Assembly (NCBI GenBank): GCA_049594615.1
Contig: JBMYJR010000002.1
Span: forward strand, 39,028 to 103,027
Length of the DNA stretch: 64,000 bases
Direction: 5' to 3'
Source: Flavobacteriales bacterium
GTDB taxonomy: Bacteria > Bacteroidota > Bacteroidia > Flavobacteriales_D > Sanyastnellaceae
In this document: positions 37,910-47,675 of the stretch, piece by piece
Position numbering within the stretch: the stretch's first letter is position 1
Layout of the letters: each line of letters begins with the position of its first letter
Translations under genes and position numbers: made by a program
The notes under the pieces: generated by a model
The model's database searches: none
Told to the model about the DNA's origin: nothing
The model's input: only the letters and a program-made list of their open reading frames with translations

Positions 37910-40285
37910 ATGCGACCCAACCCATGGCTGCTGTTCGCTTTGTTGAGCGTTCCCTTTTTTGCCCAAGCCCAAGAGATGGCGCCTTGCCAAATCACTGGAC
38001 AAGTCCAAGATGCGCGGAATGGGCAACCCATTCCATATGCCACGGTGATTGAGCTGGCAGCCCCATCAGGCGCCGTTTTGAACGGAACTACAACGGGTGA
38101 AGACGGCCGCTTTGCGGTCCCTTCGGTCCAAGTGGAAGCCACATTGGTGGTCACCTTCATCGGGTTCAAACCCGACACGTTGCGAGGCATCCGACCGCAA
38201 GGGCTGCAAGTGGACGTGGGCATCGTTGCCCTCCAGCCCGATCAAGAGCTGCTTGACGTGGCCGAGGTGCAGGCCGAACAATCCACCACCACCTTTGCCT
38301 TGGACAAACGGGTGTTCAACGTAGGCAAGGACCTGAGTACCACAGGTGCCAGCGCTTTGGAAGTGCTGAACAATGTGCCATCGGTGACCGTCAGCATCGA
38401 AGGTGAAATCAACCTCCGCGGGAGTGGCGGCGTGCAAATCCTGATCGACGGCAAACCCTCGGTCTTGACCGATGATCCTGCCAACGCCTTGGGCGCCATT
38501 ACCGCCGACATGATCGAAAGCATTGAGGTCATCACCAACCCTTCGGCCAAGTATGAAGCCTCGGGCACTTCAGGCATCCTGAACATCGTGCTCAAAAAGG
38601 AAGAAAAAGAAGGGCTCAACGGTTCGATCTCGCTCAATACAGGGATCCCAGACAACCACAGCATTGGCATCAGCTTGCAGCGCCGCGCCAGCAAATTCAA
38701 CCTGTTTACCCAAATGGGAGCAGGGTACCGCTCCAACCCGCGCTTCTCGGAAAACCTCAATCAGGATCGCGGTAATGGAAGCGCCATTGAAAGCGACGGT
38801 GAGTCGTTTCGAAATGAGCGCTTTGCCAACATCACTCTTGGCACCGACTACCACTTGAACGACTTCAATGTGATCACCTTGTCAGGCCGGTTTGCTTACG
38901 AATGGGAGAAGAACCCAGCGCTCACCGTATTTCGTGAGCTTGACGGCGATGGCCAAGCCATTGCCGGTTGGGAGCGCCGCGAAGAAACCGAAGCCACCAA
39001 CCCCAAATGGCAGTTTGACCTGCAGTACGTCAAGGACTTTCCCGACCACAAGGACCACAAACTCATGATGAGTGCATTGGGGGCCTACTTTGGCAAGGCA
39101 CTGGCGTCCCAGTACACCAACCTGGTCACCCTGGGCAGCGGTGCGTACGAAGACCAACGGACCAATACCGCGTTTGATCGCGCAGATTACACCTTCAAGA
39201 TCGACTACACCCATCCGGTGAATGAAGTGTTCAAGTTTGAGACTGGAGCGCAGTTTGTCAGCAACGATGTGGGCAACGATTTTGCTGTGCGCGATTTGAT
39301 CGATGGCGAATACGTGGCCAACCCCGACTTTACGAATGACTTCAGCTGGCAGCAGCAAGTATTGGGTGCTTACCTATTGGCATCGGCCGAGGGCGAGCGC
39401 GCCGGCATTCAGATTGGTGTACGCCCCGAGTACACCGATGTCAACACCCTGCTGGCCACCACGGGCGAGACCAATGCCACTGACTACCTCAACCTCTTCC
39501 CAAGTCTGCATACCTCCTACAAGTTCAGCGACCAGTTAAGCGCACAAGCCGGCTACTCGCGCCGCGTATCGCGTCCACGTCTGTGGGACTTGAACCCGTT
39601 CTTCAACATCACCAACAACTTCAACATCCGCACCGGCAACCCCAACTTGCAACCGGAGTTCACCGACTCCTACGAGGTAACCTCGATTTGGATTTTGGAA
39701 AAACTATCGCTCAACGGAAGCGTGTATTACCGCTACACAACCGATGTGGTCGAACGCATATCGCGGTTTGAGGACAACGTGACCCTTACCACTCCCGAGA
39801 ACATCGGCACCAACGGCACACTTGGCTTTGAATTCAACGGCAAGTACAAGCCCAATAAGTGGTGGTCGTTGAACGGCGATTTCAACGTGAACCGCTTTGA
39901 ACGTTTGGGTGAGTTTGAAGGGCAGTCCTTCGACTTCACGGGACAACAGTGGACCGCGCGCCTAAGCAACAAATTCAAGTTGCCCATGGATTTTGAACTG
40001 GAAGTGACCGGCGATTACCGCTCTGGCTTCCGAACGGTACAAGGGGATGTTACCGGCTTTGGAGCCATGGATCTAGGTGTGCGCAAGAAGGTGTTTGGCG
40101 GCAAAATCGTGTGCAACTTGGGCGTGCGCGATGTATTTGCCAGCCGCATCCGCGAAAGCATCATCGACCGCGGCGATTTCTTTGTGTCGTCACGAAGCTA
40201 CAGGGGGCGTTTTGTCACCTTTGGCGTGAGTTACGGTTTTGGCAAGGGCGAGGCCATGACCTACGGGGGCGGCCGTCGTTACTGA
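37910..40285 (+). CDS. TonB-dependent receptor-like outer-membrane beta-barrel protein with N-terminal carboxypeptidase-regulatory-like domain
   Basis: Signal peptide MRPNPWLLFALLSVPFFAQAQ. CarboxypepD_reg-like segment ITGQVQDARNGQPIPYATV. Plug-like SALEVLNNVPSVTV...INLRG. Long beta-barrel ending in an aromatic residue. Confidence 0.75.
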   Translation: MRPNPWLLFALLSVPFFAQAQEMAPCQITGQVQDARNGQPIPYATVIELAAPSGAVLNGTTTGEDGRFAVPSVQVEATLVVTFIGFKPDTLRGIRPQGLQVDVGIVALQPDQELLDVAEVQAEQSTTTFALDKRVFNVGKDLSTTGASALEVLNNVPSVTVSIEGEINLRGSGGVQILIDGKPSVLTDDPANALGAITADMIESIEVITNPSAKYEASGTSGILNIVLKKEEKEGLNGSISLNTGIPDNHSIGISLQRRASKFNLFTQMGAGYRSNPRFSENLNQDRGNGSAIESDGESFRNERFANITLGTDYHLNDFNVITLSGRFAYEWEKNPALTVFRELDGDGQAIAGWERREETEATNPKWQFDLQYVKDFPDHKDHKLMMSALGAYFGKALASQYTNLVTLGSGAYEDQRTNTAFDRADYTFKIDYTHPVNEVFKFETGAQFVSNDVGNDFAVRDLIDGEYVANPDFTNDFSWQQQVLGAYLLASAEGERAGIQIGVRPEYTDVNTLLATTGETNATDYLNLFPSLHTSYKFSDQLSAQAGYSRRVSRPRLWDLNPFFNITNNFNIRTGNPNLQPEFTDSYEVTSIWILEKLSLNGSVYYRYTTDVVERISRFEDNVTLTTPENIGTNGTLGFEFNGKYKPNKWWSLNGDFNVNRFERLGEFEGQSFDFTGQQWTARLSNKFKLPMDFELEVTGDYRSGFRTVQGDVTGFGAMDLGVRKKVFGGKIVCNLGVRDVFASRIRESIIDRGDFFVSSRSYRGRFVTFGVSYGFGKGEAMTYGGGRRY

Positions 40286-40312
40286 GGCAACGCAAACGGG
40301 CGCACAGGAATG

Positions 40313-41596
40313 CTACGCTAGGAAATACACCAAACAGAACCCGACCAAGAACACCATGCCCGCGATGGCCAACCCGCGCAGCCACAGTGGTGGGCGCCCC
40401 TCCTCGGGAAATCGTTCGCTCACCACCAAACGGTAGTTGGCAAAGGCCACCAGTGGCGCTACCAAGAAGCTCATGGTCGTCGCAAAATCTACCAACTGAC
40501 GGAAGCCCGAAGGGTCGTCCGGACGGTTGAAGATGAACACGTGAATCACCCCATACGCTCCTGCACCGATCAGCACCAACCACAGGATGTAGGCGCCGGG
40601 CACTTGCTTGGGCAGCAGCAATTCTCCACAGCGTTTCATGGCACGCGCGTACCCGTCGAACACCGCAATGCAGGTGCCTAGCATGATGGAAAAAGCGGCT
40701 GCTCCTATCAATACGCGGCTCCAAGGTCCCATGACCTCGGTGTACATCTTAACCACAACTCCAGCAAAGGCTGCAGCGGGTTTGGGTGCGGGGTTAGGCG
40801 TGCCGTGAAGCAGGAAGGCGCCCAATACTACAAAGCACACGGCTAGCGCGGTGGAGGCGAGGTATCCAAAGTTGAAATCAAACAGTGTTTGCTTCAGGGT
40901 GGGGCGAAAGCCGGTTTGGGCCATGCGCTCGACGGTCCACAGGCTGTTCCACGCGCTCATGTCCACAGCGGTGGGCATCCAGCCCATCAAGGCAATCAGA
41001 AAACCCAATGAAATGCCGTCGCCCCAGTCAATCGCAGGGAGGAGGGGTGCGTCGTAAACCGGTCCTTTTCCCAAGGCCAATCCAAAGGCCACCAGGGTAG
41101 AGATCAACAGCACCGCGCCAATGAGTTTGATGAGGCTGTCCAATACGCCGTACTTGCCCAAGGCCAGTACTACCACCGTTCCTGCCAGCAGAACCCCTGT
41201 AATCAGCGGCAAGTTGCCCACCCCAAACAGGTTGTCCAAAAAGCCCGCGGTCACGGCGCCTACGGCAGCTGCCACAAAGAACAAGGTGCCCAGCGTCAGC
41301 GCGGCATACCCACCAATCACCCACTTGCTTTGCTTGGCGTACCCGTCCAAAATACTGGTGCCGGTCACGTTCGCGTAGCGCGAGCCAAACTCAAAAAAGG
41401 GGTACTTGAACAGGTTGGCGAGCAGCACGGCCCACAGCAGCGCAAAGCCATAGTCTGCCCCGGCCCGGGTGCTCTGCACCAAGTGGCTCACCCCAATGCA
41501 CGTAGAGGCAAACACAATGCCTGGCCCCAAAGTCTGGACCAGTGCTTGGCGGTTGGGAAAGAGAGACATGGGGCGGAAGATCGGGAATTTGTGCAT
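40313..41596 (-). CDS. Nramp-family divalent metal transporter-like membrane protein
   Basis: ~11 hydrophobic helices. The N-terminal block GPGIVFASTCIGVSHLVQSTRAGADYGF resembles the Bacteroidota Nramp-like family. The canonical DPGN motif is absent. Confidence 0.55.
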   Translation of the reverse strand: MHKFPIFRPMSLFPNRQALVQTLGPGIVFASTCIGVSHLVQSTRAGADYGFALLWAVLLANLFKYPFFEFGSRYANVTGTSILDGYAKQSKWVIGGYAALTLGTLFFVAAAVGAVTAGFLDNLFGVGNLPLITGVLLAGTVVVLALGKYGVLDSLIKLIGAVLLISTLVAFGLALGKGPVYDAPLLPAIDWGDGISLGFLIALMGWMPTAVDMSAWNSLWTVERMAQTGFRPTLKQTLFDFNFGYLASTALAVCFVVLGAFLLHGTPNPAPKPAAAFAGVVVKMYTEVMGPWSRVLIGAAAFSIMLGTCIAVFDGYARAMKRCGELLLPKQVPGAYILWLVLIGAGAYGVIHVFIFNRPDDPSGFRQLVDFATTMSFLVAPLVAFANYRLVVSERFPEEGRPPLWLRGLAIAGMVFLVGFCLVYFLA

Positions 41597-41642
41597 TGCA
41601 GTTTGGCTGTGATTCCCGAGGTTTAATCCTCAAAACTTCGCC

Positions 41643-42689
41643 ATGCGCAACCTCTTCTTCCTCCCACTTCTCCTGCTCTTTGCCGCCTGCCAATCGCACG
41701 AAACCGGCGAAAACCCGGACATGCTTGAACCCAACGTACCCGAGTGGGCATTGGTTATCCATGGCGGCGCAGGCTACTTTGACTCCGAGTCGTACACCGA
41801 TGAAGAAGAAGCCGCGTACCGCGACCGTTTGACCGCGGCGTTGGACGCCGGAGAAGCCGTGTTGGCCGCTGGAGGCAGTAGCACCGACGCGGTGGTGGCT
41901 GCCATCCAGGTGCTGGAGAACAGCCCACTGTTCAACGCAGGCAAAGGTGCTGTATTTACCGCCGAAGGCATCAACGAGATGGACGCCAGTATCATGCGAG
42001 GCTCGGACTTGAATTGTGGTGCGGTCACTGGCATCCAACAAGTCAAGAACCCGATCACTGCTGCACGCGCGGTCATGGAACACAGTGAGCACGTGTTTTT
42101 CAGCGGCGGTGGCGCCACCTTGTTTGCACAAGACCAAGGATTGACCATGGTGGATTCCAGCTACTTCTGGAGCGAAAAATCGTGGAACCGTTACATGCGC
42201 ATCAAAGCCAACGAAGATTCTTTGGCTGCAGCCGGGCAGGCCTTCCACCTGCACCGCTGGCCGGACGCCAAGTTTGGTACCGTTGGTTGCGTGGCCTTGG
42301 ACAAAGAGGGCAACCTGGCCGCCGGTACTTCAACTGGGGGCATGACCTTCAAACGCAATGGACGCATCGGGGATAGCCCGGTGATTGCCGCCGGTACCTA
42401 TGCCGACAACAACTCAGCTGCCATCTCCTGCACAGGACACGGAGAATTCTTTATTCGTACTGCGGTGGCGCATGACATCTGTGCCCGTGTGGAGCACGGG
42501 GGCGCATCGCTCGAAGAAGCTGCGCGTGCGGTGGTGATGGACAAGCTGGTGCGCATGGAAGGCGAGGGGGGCATCATTGGCCTTGATCACCACGGCAATG
42601 TGGCCATGACCTTCAACTCCGCTGGAATGTTCCGCGGCTTCCGCAAGTCCACCGGCGAGACCGCCGTCAAGATGTACGGGAACGAATAG
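41643..42689 (+). CDS. Isoaspartyl peptidase / L-asparaginase (Ntn hydrolase, asparaginase 2 family)
   Basis: Lipoprotein-like signal LLLLFAAC. HGGAG, NAGKGAVFT, nucleophile region FGTVGCVALD, GTSTGGMTFKRNGRIGDSPVIAAGTYA. Confidence 0.85.
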   Translation: MRNLFFLPLLLLFAACQSHETGENPDMLEPNVPEWALVIHGGAGYFDSESYTDEEEAAYRDRLTAALDAGEAVLAAGGSSTDAVVAAIQVLENSPLFNAGKGAVFTAEGINEMDASIMRGSDLNCGAVTGIQQVKNPITAARAVMEHSEHVFFSGGGATLFAQDQGLTMVDSSYFWSEKSWNRYMRIKANEDSLAAAGQAFHLHRWPDAKFGTVGCVALDKEGNLAAGTSTGGMTFKRNGRIGDSPVIAAGTYADNNSAAISCTGHGEFFIRTAVAHDICARVEHGGASLEEAARAVVMDKLVRMEGEGGIIGLDHHGNVAMTFNSAGMFRGFRKSTGETAVKMYGNE

Positions 42690-42693
42690 GGTT

Positions 42694-44007
42694 CTAGCGC
42701 GCTGTGTGCGCGTAAGACACCGATCGGGCGCCTGCGCTGCTGTGTACCGCTACAATGTACTGGCCTGAGGGCCAATCGGCAGCGGGTACTTCCACGGTTT
42801 GAGCCCCACGATCAGCTGTGAAGAGCAACTTTCCAAAGACGTCAAAGACACTGCAACTGTGCAGCAAAACCCCTTCAAGTGAAACACTCCAATCACCTGA
42901 GTATGTGGGTTTTATCAGTAGTTTGTAGTCCGCGATTTCTTCTATACCGATGGGCTCTTCTTCGTCCGCTGGGGGCATGCCGAAGTACACGTCGTCGATG
43001 TAGTAGGTTTGCTCGCCAATCTGCCAACCTTCAAGTCCAAAGTTGAAGAAGATAGAGGCCTTGTTAAAGGCCCAGCCCTGCCCCAATCCAGAGGCTAAAG
43101 AAGGCGTGCCAGGAACGGCATCGGAGAAGTCAAACACCATGGTTTCCCATGCTCCAGACGCGGTGGTAACGGATTCTGTCTCGCAGGTTTGACCGCCGTC
43201 CATGGAGTTCTCCACTTTCAAGCGCACGTTGTAACCTGCTTGTGGTGACCACACGCGCACAGTCATGATGGTGGAGTCGTTGCTGAAGGGAATATTGGAC
43301 ACAAAACCACCTGGTGTACCGATGGTGGTGCCAGCGTAGGTCCATGCGGTTTCCATGCGTACGATACGCGCCACGTTGTTTTCTTCGTCTTCAGGGTCGG
43401 TTTCCAGAAATGAGGTGTTGCCTGCAAAATCGGTGAGTCCGTAGTTGATGAGCGGCTCCTCAAAAGTCACCGGCAGGTCCAATTGCTCGCCGATGTAGGA
43501 TTGCTTGATGTCGTCGAAATAGAAGGTTGAGGTCTCCGAACCGTCGCCGTAATTGCCAAAGTCAAACATGAACACCAAATCGGTGTAAACCATGGGTTGG
43601 CCGGTGTAGTCCCAGACCAAGGTTTCCCATTCGCCAGAAACGGTGGTCTCGGCGTCGTTGTCGAACGCTGCGCCGCCTTCGAGTTTAAGGCGTACCGTGG
43701 TGCCCACGGGAGCGTCGGTGTACACCTTCATCTGGATGGTTGTGTTGACAGAGAAGTCCAAGGTTTCTTCCAGAAGGATTTTGGATCCGGCCCAAATCTC
43801 ACCGCCGATGCGCACGATGCGTCCCACATTTTCGCTGGGGTTTGCAGGGTTTTGGTAGGGGTTGGCCACCACCTCGCCCGTACCGCCGTCGAAGTCTACA
43901 AAGTCAGCGGTGGTGACGTCGCTTTCGAAGTAAATGGGAAGGGTTTGGGCTTGCGCAGTGATGGTCAACAGGCAGGCGCTCAGGGCAATCAGGGAAAATC
44001 GCAGCAC
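42694..44007 (-). CDS. Secreted protein with two tandem CBM-like beta-sandwich domains and T9SS type A C-terminal sorting domain
   Basis: Internal duplication: LPIYFESDVTTADFVDFDGG...VRLKLEG versus LPVTFEEPLINYGLTDFAGN...VRLKVEN. CTD-like end SVFDVFGKLL...WPSGQYIVAVHS. Start placed at GTG 44007 (MLRFSLIALSACLLTITAQAQ). The track start GTG 44109 lies inside the upstream gene's terminator T-tract. Confidence 0.65.
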   Translation of the reverse strand: MLRFSLIALSACLLTITAQAQTLPIYFESDVTTADFVDFDGGTGEVVANPYQNPANPSENVGRIVRIGGEIWAGSKILLEETLDFSVNTTIQMKVYTDAPVGTTVRLKLEGGAAFDNDAETTVSGEWETLVWDYTGQPMVYTDLVFMFDFGNYGDGSETSTFYFDDIKQSYIGEQLDLPVTFEEPLINYGLTDFAGNTSFLETDPEDEENNVARIVRMETAWTYAGTTIGTPGGFVSNIPFSNDSTIMTVRVWSPQAGYNVRLKVENSMDGGQTCETESVTTASGAWETMVFDFSDAVPGTPSLASGLGQGWAFNKASIFFNFGLEGWQIGEQTYYIDDVYFGMPPADEEEPIGIEEIADYKLLIKPTYSGDWSVSLEGVLLHSCSVFDVFGKLLFTADRGAQTVEVPAADWPSGQYIVAVHSSAGARSVSYAHTAR

Positions 44008-44058
44008 GATTCGGGTTTTTAAGTTGGAAGGTGTGAAACGTACACCTTTTGTAGTGTG

Positions 44059-44065
44059 CAAAGTA
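44059..44065 (-). promoter_or_regulatory. Candidate Bacteroidota -7 promoter element (TAnnTTTG)
   Basis: The minus strand reads TACTTTG about 50 nt upstream of GTG 44007 and downstream of the preceding terminator. It matches the TAnnTTTG consensus of Bacteroidota sigma-A promoters. Confidence 0.3.
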
Positions 44066-44109
44066 CACTTAATATTCCGCTGAACGGTAACGGCCGATAG
44101 GTTGGGCAC

Positions 44110-44132
44110 AAAAAAAGCCCGGCGAACCGGGC
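44110..44132 (-). terminator. Rho-independent terminator of the DUF5606 gene
   Basis: On the minus strand, gcccgg-ttcg-ccgggc followed by T7. Confidence 0.7.
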
Positions 44133-44150
44133 GGGAAAAGGGAGGGAGGC

Positions 44151-44579
44151 TTATTCAGCGCTTTCCTTTGCGTCCTCGCTGGGTGCTTCCTCGGCGTCAG
44201 GCAAGAGCAAGCCGTGCTTGTGCAGGAGGTTGTACCACTGGAAGAGCTTCTTGAGATCCGACGGGTACACGCGGTCCTCGTCAAACTTGGGGAGTACTTC
44301 ACCCATGTAGTCGCGCAATTCTTCGTTGGAAGACTTATGTGAGATGGCGGGATCGTCGCCTGCGTGGTCCTTGATTTTGTCGAAGACTTTGCTCAAGGGC
44401 ACATCGTCGTCGTAGGTGTAGATGGAGATGTCCTGCAGGGCGCTCACTTTGTGGGTGGCTTGCACAGGCATACGCTTGCCGTCGAGCAGAGATTCTACAA
44501 TGATGCTGCGGCCGCTGTTGGACAGCATTTTAAACAGACCGGGTTTGCCGCTGATGGCGAGGATGTTCTCCAGGTTCAT
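44151..44579 (-). CDS. DUF5606-like conserved Bacteroidota protein
   Basis: N-terminus ILAISGKPGLFKMLSNSGRSIIVESLLDGKRMPVQATHKVSALQDISIYT matches my memory of the DUF5606 family. Followed by an intrinsic terminator. Confidence 0.55.
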   Translation of the reverse strand: MNLENILAISGKPGLFKMLSNSGRSIIVESLLDGKRMPVQATHKVSALQDISIYTYDDDVPLSKVFDKIKDHAGDDPAISHKSSNEELRDYMGEVLPKFDEDRVYPSDLKKLFQWYNLLHKHGLLLPDAEEAPSEDAKESAE

Positions 44580-44656
44580 CGAGATGGATTTCCGACAAAA
44601 ATAGCGTCACGGTGCAGTTGCTCCTAGGTCAAGGACGCATTTTGTTGCGCAGTTAT

Positions 44657-45094
44657 TCACGCCCCTGAAGGCCAGTCTTCCAAAAACACCACTTGGCCCT
44701 CGACCCAGGTGCAGCAATGGTGTTCCAATCCGTTGGACACCGCCAAATACGGCATGCCGAGCACTTGGTTGTACTGTACGGCCTGGTCAAACACGGCTTC
44801 AGTGAGCTTGATTTTGGGTGCTTTGCATTCCACGAGCAGCTGAGGATTTCCGGTGGCATCAAAGGTCACAATGTCGGCTCGCCGAGTAATGCCCGAAAGG
44901 GTCAACGCATGCTCAATCCCAATCCGCCCTTTGGCGTAGCCTTTGTGGTGGATCAGGTACATGACCAAATGCTGGCGCACCCACTCTTCGGGCGCGCAAA
45001 CCAGCCACTTGGACCGCAGCTCATCAAAGATGTGGACCTCCCCGTGGACGCGCTTGAGGCGAAAAGGGTAGGGAGGTAGGTTCAGCGGTTGCAT
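44657..45094 (-). CDS. Type I restriction enzyme HsdR N-terminal (PD-(D/E)xK-like) domain protein, standalone
   Basis: EEWVRQHLVMYLI...RADIVTFD...LLVECKAPKIKL is typical of the HsdR_N domain family. Start placed at ATG 45094. Confidence 0.6.
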   Translation of the reverse strand: MQPLNLPPYPFRLKRVHGEVHIFDELRSKWLVCAPEEWVRQHLVMYLIHHKGYAKGRIGIEHALTLSGITRRADIVTFDATGNPQLLVECKAPKIKLTEAVFDQAVQYNQVLGMPYLAVSNGLEHHCCTWVEGQVVFLEDWPSGA

Positions 45095-45137
45095 ATTTTG
45101 CGATCTTCCGACCAAACTACTCAGCACAACCCGTTCC

Positions 45138-45911
45138 ATGAAGACCAAAGAGGAAATTGTTCGCAATTGGCTCCCCCGTTACACAGGCACCGAAATCGAG
45201 GCCTTTGGGGATTACGTCCTGCTCACCAACTTTGAAGACTACGTAGAGAAGTTTGCCGAATGGCACAAAGCAGAGGTGCACGGGCGCGACAAGGCCATGA
45301 GCAACTGCACCGCAGACAACCTCTCGATCATCAACTTTGGCATGGGGTCGGCCAACGCGGCCACGATCATGGATTTGCTTAGCGCCAAGCGCCCCAAGGC
45401 GGTCCTGTTTTTGGGCAAGTGCGGGGCGCTCAAGTCCAAAATCAAACTCGGAGACTTTGTGCTGCCCATCGCCGGCATCCGCGGTGAAGGAGCCTCGAAC
45501 GATTACTTCCCCACCGAGGTGCCTGCGCTCCCGGCTTTTGCGCTGCAGCGCGCCATCTCTTCTACGGTCCGCGATTACAAGAAGGACTACTGGACGGGCA
45601 CCTGTTACACCACCAACCGCCGCGTGTGGGAGTGGGACGAAGAGTTCAAGCAGTACCTGCGCAAGATCCGCGCGGGGGCCATCGACATGGAAACCGCCAC
45701 GCTCTTTTCGGTGGGGTTTGCCAATAAAATTCCCACCGGAGCGCTGCTGCTTGTAAGCGACAACCCCATGACGCCCGACGGGGTCAAGACCTCTTCATCG
45801 GACCAAAAGGTGAGTCGGAATTTTGTTGATTTGCAGATTAAAATGGGCATCGACGCGCTGCACGAGATCAAGAACAATGGCCGTTCTGTGCGTCACCTGC
45901 TCTGGACCTGA
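45138..45911 (+). CDS. amn: AMP nucleosidase (short form, PNP/UDP phosphorylase fold)
   Basis: N-terminus KEEIVRNWLPRYTG...YVLLTNF, and GKCGALKSKIKLGDFVLPIAGIRGEG, AIDMETATLF. Confidence 0.65.
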   Translation: MKTKEEIVRNWLPRYTGTEIEAFGDYVLLTNFEDYVEKFAEWHKAEVHGRDKAMSNCTADNLSIINFGMGSANAATIMDLLSAKRPKAVLFLGKCGALKSKIKLGDFVLPIAGIRGEGASNDYFPTEVPALPAFALQRAISSTVRDYKKDYWTGTCYTTNRRVWEWDEEFKQYLRKIRAGAIDMETATLFSVGFANKIPTGALLLVSDNPMTPDGVKTSSSDQKVSRNFVDLQIKMGIDALHEIKNNGRSVRHLLWT

Positions 45912-45914
45912 TCC

Positions 45915-46931
45915 ATGGACCACCTCCGCATTCTACGAGACATCCGCTCGGGCGAAATCGCGCCCATTTACGCCCTGATGGGTGAGGAGCCGTACTTCAT
46001 CGACCAGATCACCCAAGTGCTGGAAGACGAGCTGCTGACCGAGGCCGAAAAGGCCTTCAACCTCACGGTGGTCTACGGACGCGACGTGAGCATGGACCAG
46101 GTGATATCTTCGGCCAAAGCGTTTCCCATGATGGGCGAGCGCCAGGTACTCGTGGTGCGCGAAGCCCAAGCCATGGCCGATTGGAAGAAGTCCGAGAACC
46201 TCTCGGCCTTGGAGCACTACGCCGGCAACCCGCAACCCTCCACAGTGCTGGTATTTGCCTACAAGGGAAAGAAAATGGACGGGCGTTCCAAGGCGGTCAA
46301 AAAGCTCAAGACCACCGGCGTGTGGTTCGAAAGCCCTCGCCTCAAAGAAGCCCGCATCCCCGGCTGGGTCAAGCAATACACCGAGGATCACGGCTACGCG
46401 ATCACCGACAAGGCCTCCTACCTGCTCGCCGAATTCCTGGGCACCGACCTCAGCAAGCTCTCCAACGAGCTGGACAAGCTGATGATCTTGGTACCCAAAG
46501 GCGCCGAAATTACCCCGGATGAGATCGAGAAGAACATCGGCATCTCTAAGGATTACAACATCTTCGAGCTCCAACGCGCCCTCAGTGTGAAGGACGTGAC
46601 CAAGGCCAACCGCATCGTGAACTACTTCTTGGCCAATCCCAAGACCCACCCGTTGCAAATGGTGATTCCGGTGTTGTACAGCTACTTCTCCAAGCTGCTG
46701 GTGTACAGCACGCTCAAAGACAAGAGCTCGGCCAATGTGGCCAAGGTGCTGCGCATTCCACCTTTTGTGGTGGGCGATTACGCGAAGGCGGGCCAGCTCT
46801 ATCCGTACGGCAAGTTGCGCCGCATCATCGGTTACCTGCGAGAGATGGACCGCAAGGTCAAGGGCATAGATGTGGACAAAATGGAGACCGATGCGTTGAT
46901 GCGCGAGATGATCTTCAAAACGTTGCACTAG
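45915..46931 (+). CDS. holA: DNA polymerase III subunit delta
   Basis: Length and N-terminal block IYALMGEEPYFID...FNLTVVYG...FPMMGERQVLVVREAQ are typical of HolA. Confidence 0.75.
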   Translation: MDHLRILRDIRSGEIAPIYALMGEEPYFIDQITQVLEDELLTEAEKAFNLTVVYGRDVSMDQVISSAKAFPMMGERQVLVVREAQAMADWKKSENLSALEHYAGNPQPSTVLVFAYKGKKMDGRSKAVKKLKTTGVWFESPRLKEARIPGWVKQYTEDHGYAITDKASYLLAEFLGTDLSKLSNELDKLMILVPKGAEITPDEIEKNIGISKDYNIFELQRALSVKDVTKANRIVNYFLANPKTHPLQMVIPVLYSYFSKLLVYSTLKDKSSANVAKVLRIPPFVVGDYAKAGQLYPYGKLRRIIGYLREMDRKVKGIDVDKMETDALMREMIFKTLH

Positions 46932-47006
46932 TCACCATTTCTGGTGTGCAGCTTTGGTTCAGGTAGCTTAGCTAACTTCGTCTCAACTTACAATACAACT
47001 GTTAAA

Positions 47007-47660
47007 ATGCTCACCCTCCTCCGCAAAGAACTCCGCTTGGAATTACGCAGCCGTGAAACGCTCGTGGGGGTGGTCATGTACATGGTCAGTACAGTGTATG
47101 TATGCTACCTGAATTTCAAGGAGTTGGATGCGGTGGCCACGTGGAATGCACTGCTGTGGATCATTGTGTTGTTCACTGCGTTTCAGGCCATGGCGCGCAC
47201 CTTTCGGCACGAGCCGCCACGGGTGCAGTTGTACTTGTATACACTGGTTTCACCCGAGCAATTGATCCTGGCCAAGTTGGTGTTCAACGCGCTGTTTATG
47301 GGCGTGCTTTCCTTGCTGGCGCTGGGCTGTCTGGTGTTGTTTTTGGGCGATGCGGTGCTGGCAGCGGCCAACATGGGAGCCTTTGTTACCGGATTGGTGG
47401 TGGGCGCCATGGCCTTGGGCGCCGGGTTGACCCTCATTTCAGGCATCGCGGTCAAGACCGGAAACAACGTGGGGTTGACGGCGGTATTGGCCTTTCCGGT
47501 GCTCATTCCCGTGCTGCTGGTTTTGCGCGACATCACCTTCAGCGCGTTGCAAGGCCAAGCCTTTGCAGAAATTGTGGGAAAATTGGGCCTGTTGGGGGGC
47601 ATCACCGTGCTCATTCTGGGCCTCAGCTACTTGCTGTTTCCATACCTTTGGCGCGAGTAA
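47007..47660 (+). CDS. ccmB: Heme exporter permease CcmB
   Basis: Six hydrophobic helices and a CcmB-like N-terminus LLRKELRLELRSRETLVGVVMYMVSTVYVCY. First gene of the ccm cluster. Confidence 0.7.
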   Translation: MLTLLRKELRLELRSRETLVGVVMYMVSTVYVCYLNFKELDAVATWNALLWIIVLFTAFQAMARTFRHEPPRVQLYLYTLVSPEQLILAKLVFNALFMGVLSLLALGCLVLFLGDAVLAAANMGAFVTGLVVGAMALGAGLTLISGIAVKTGNNVGLTAVLAFPVLIPVLLVLRDITFSALQGQAFAEIVGKLGLLGGITVLILGLSYLLFPYLWRE

Positions 47661-47675
47661 AAACGCCGTGTCTGC

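Noticed and set aside
44657-45094. HsdR N-terminal domain protein as a hint of a restriction or defence island.
   Set aside because: There are no hsdM, hsdS or helicase genes and no other defence genes nearby. As far as I recall, this standalone family is a common conserved gene in Bacteroidota. The flanks are housekeeping (amn, holA, DUF5606).
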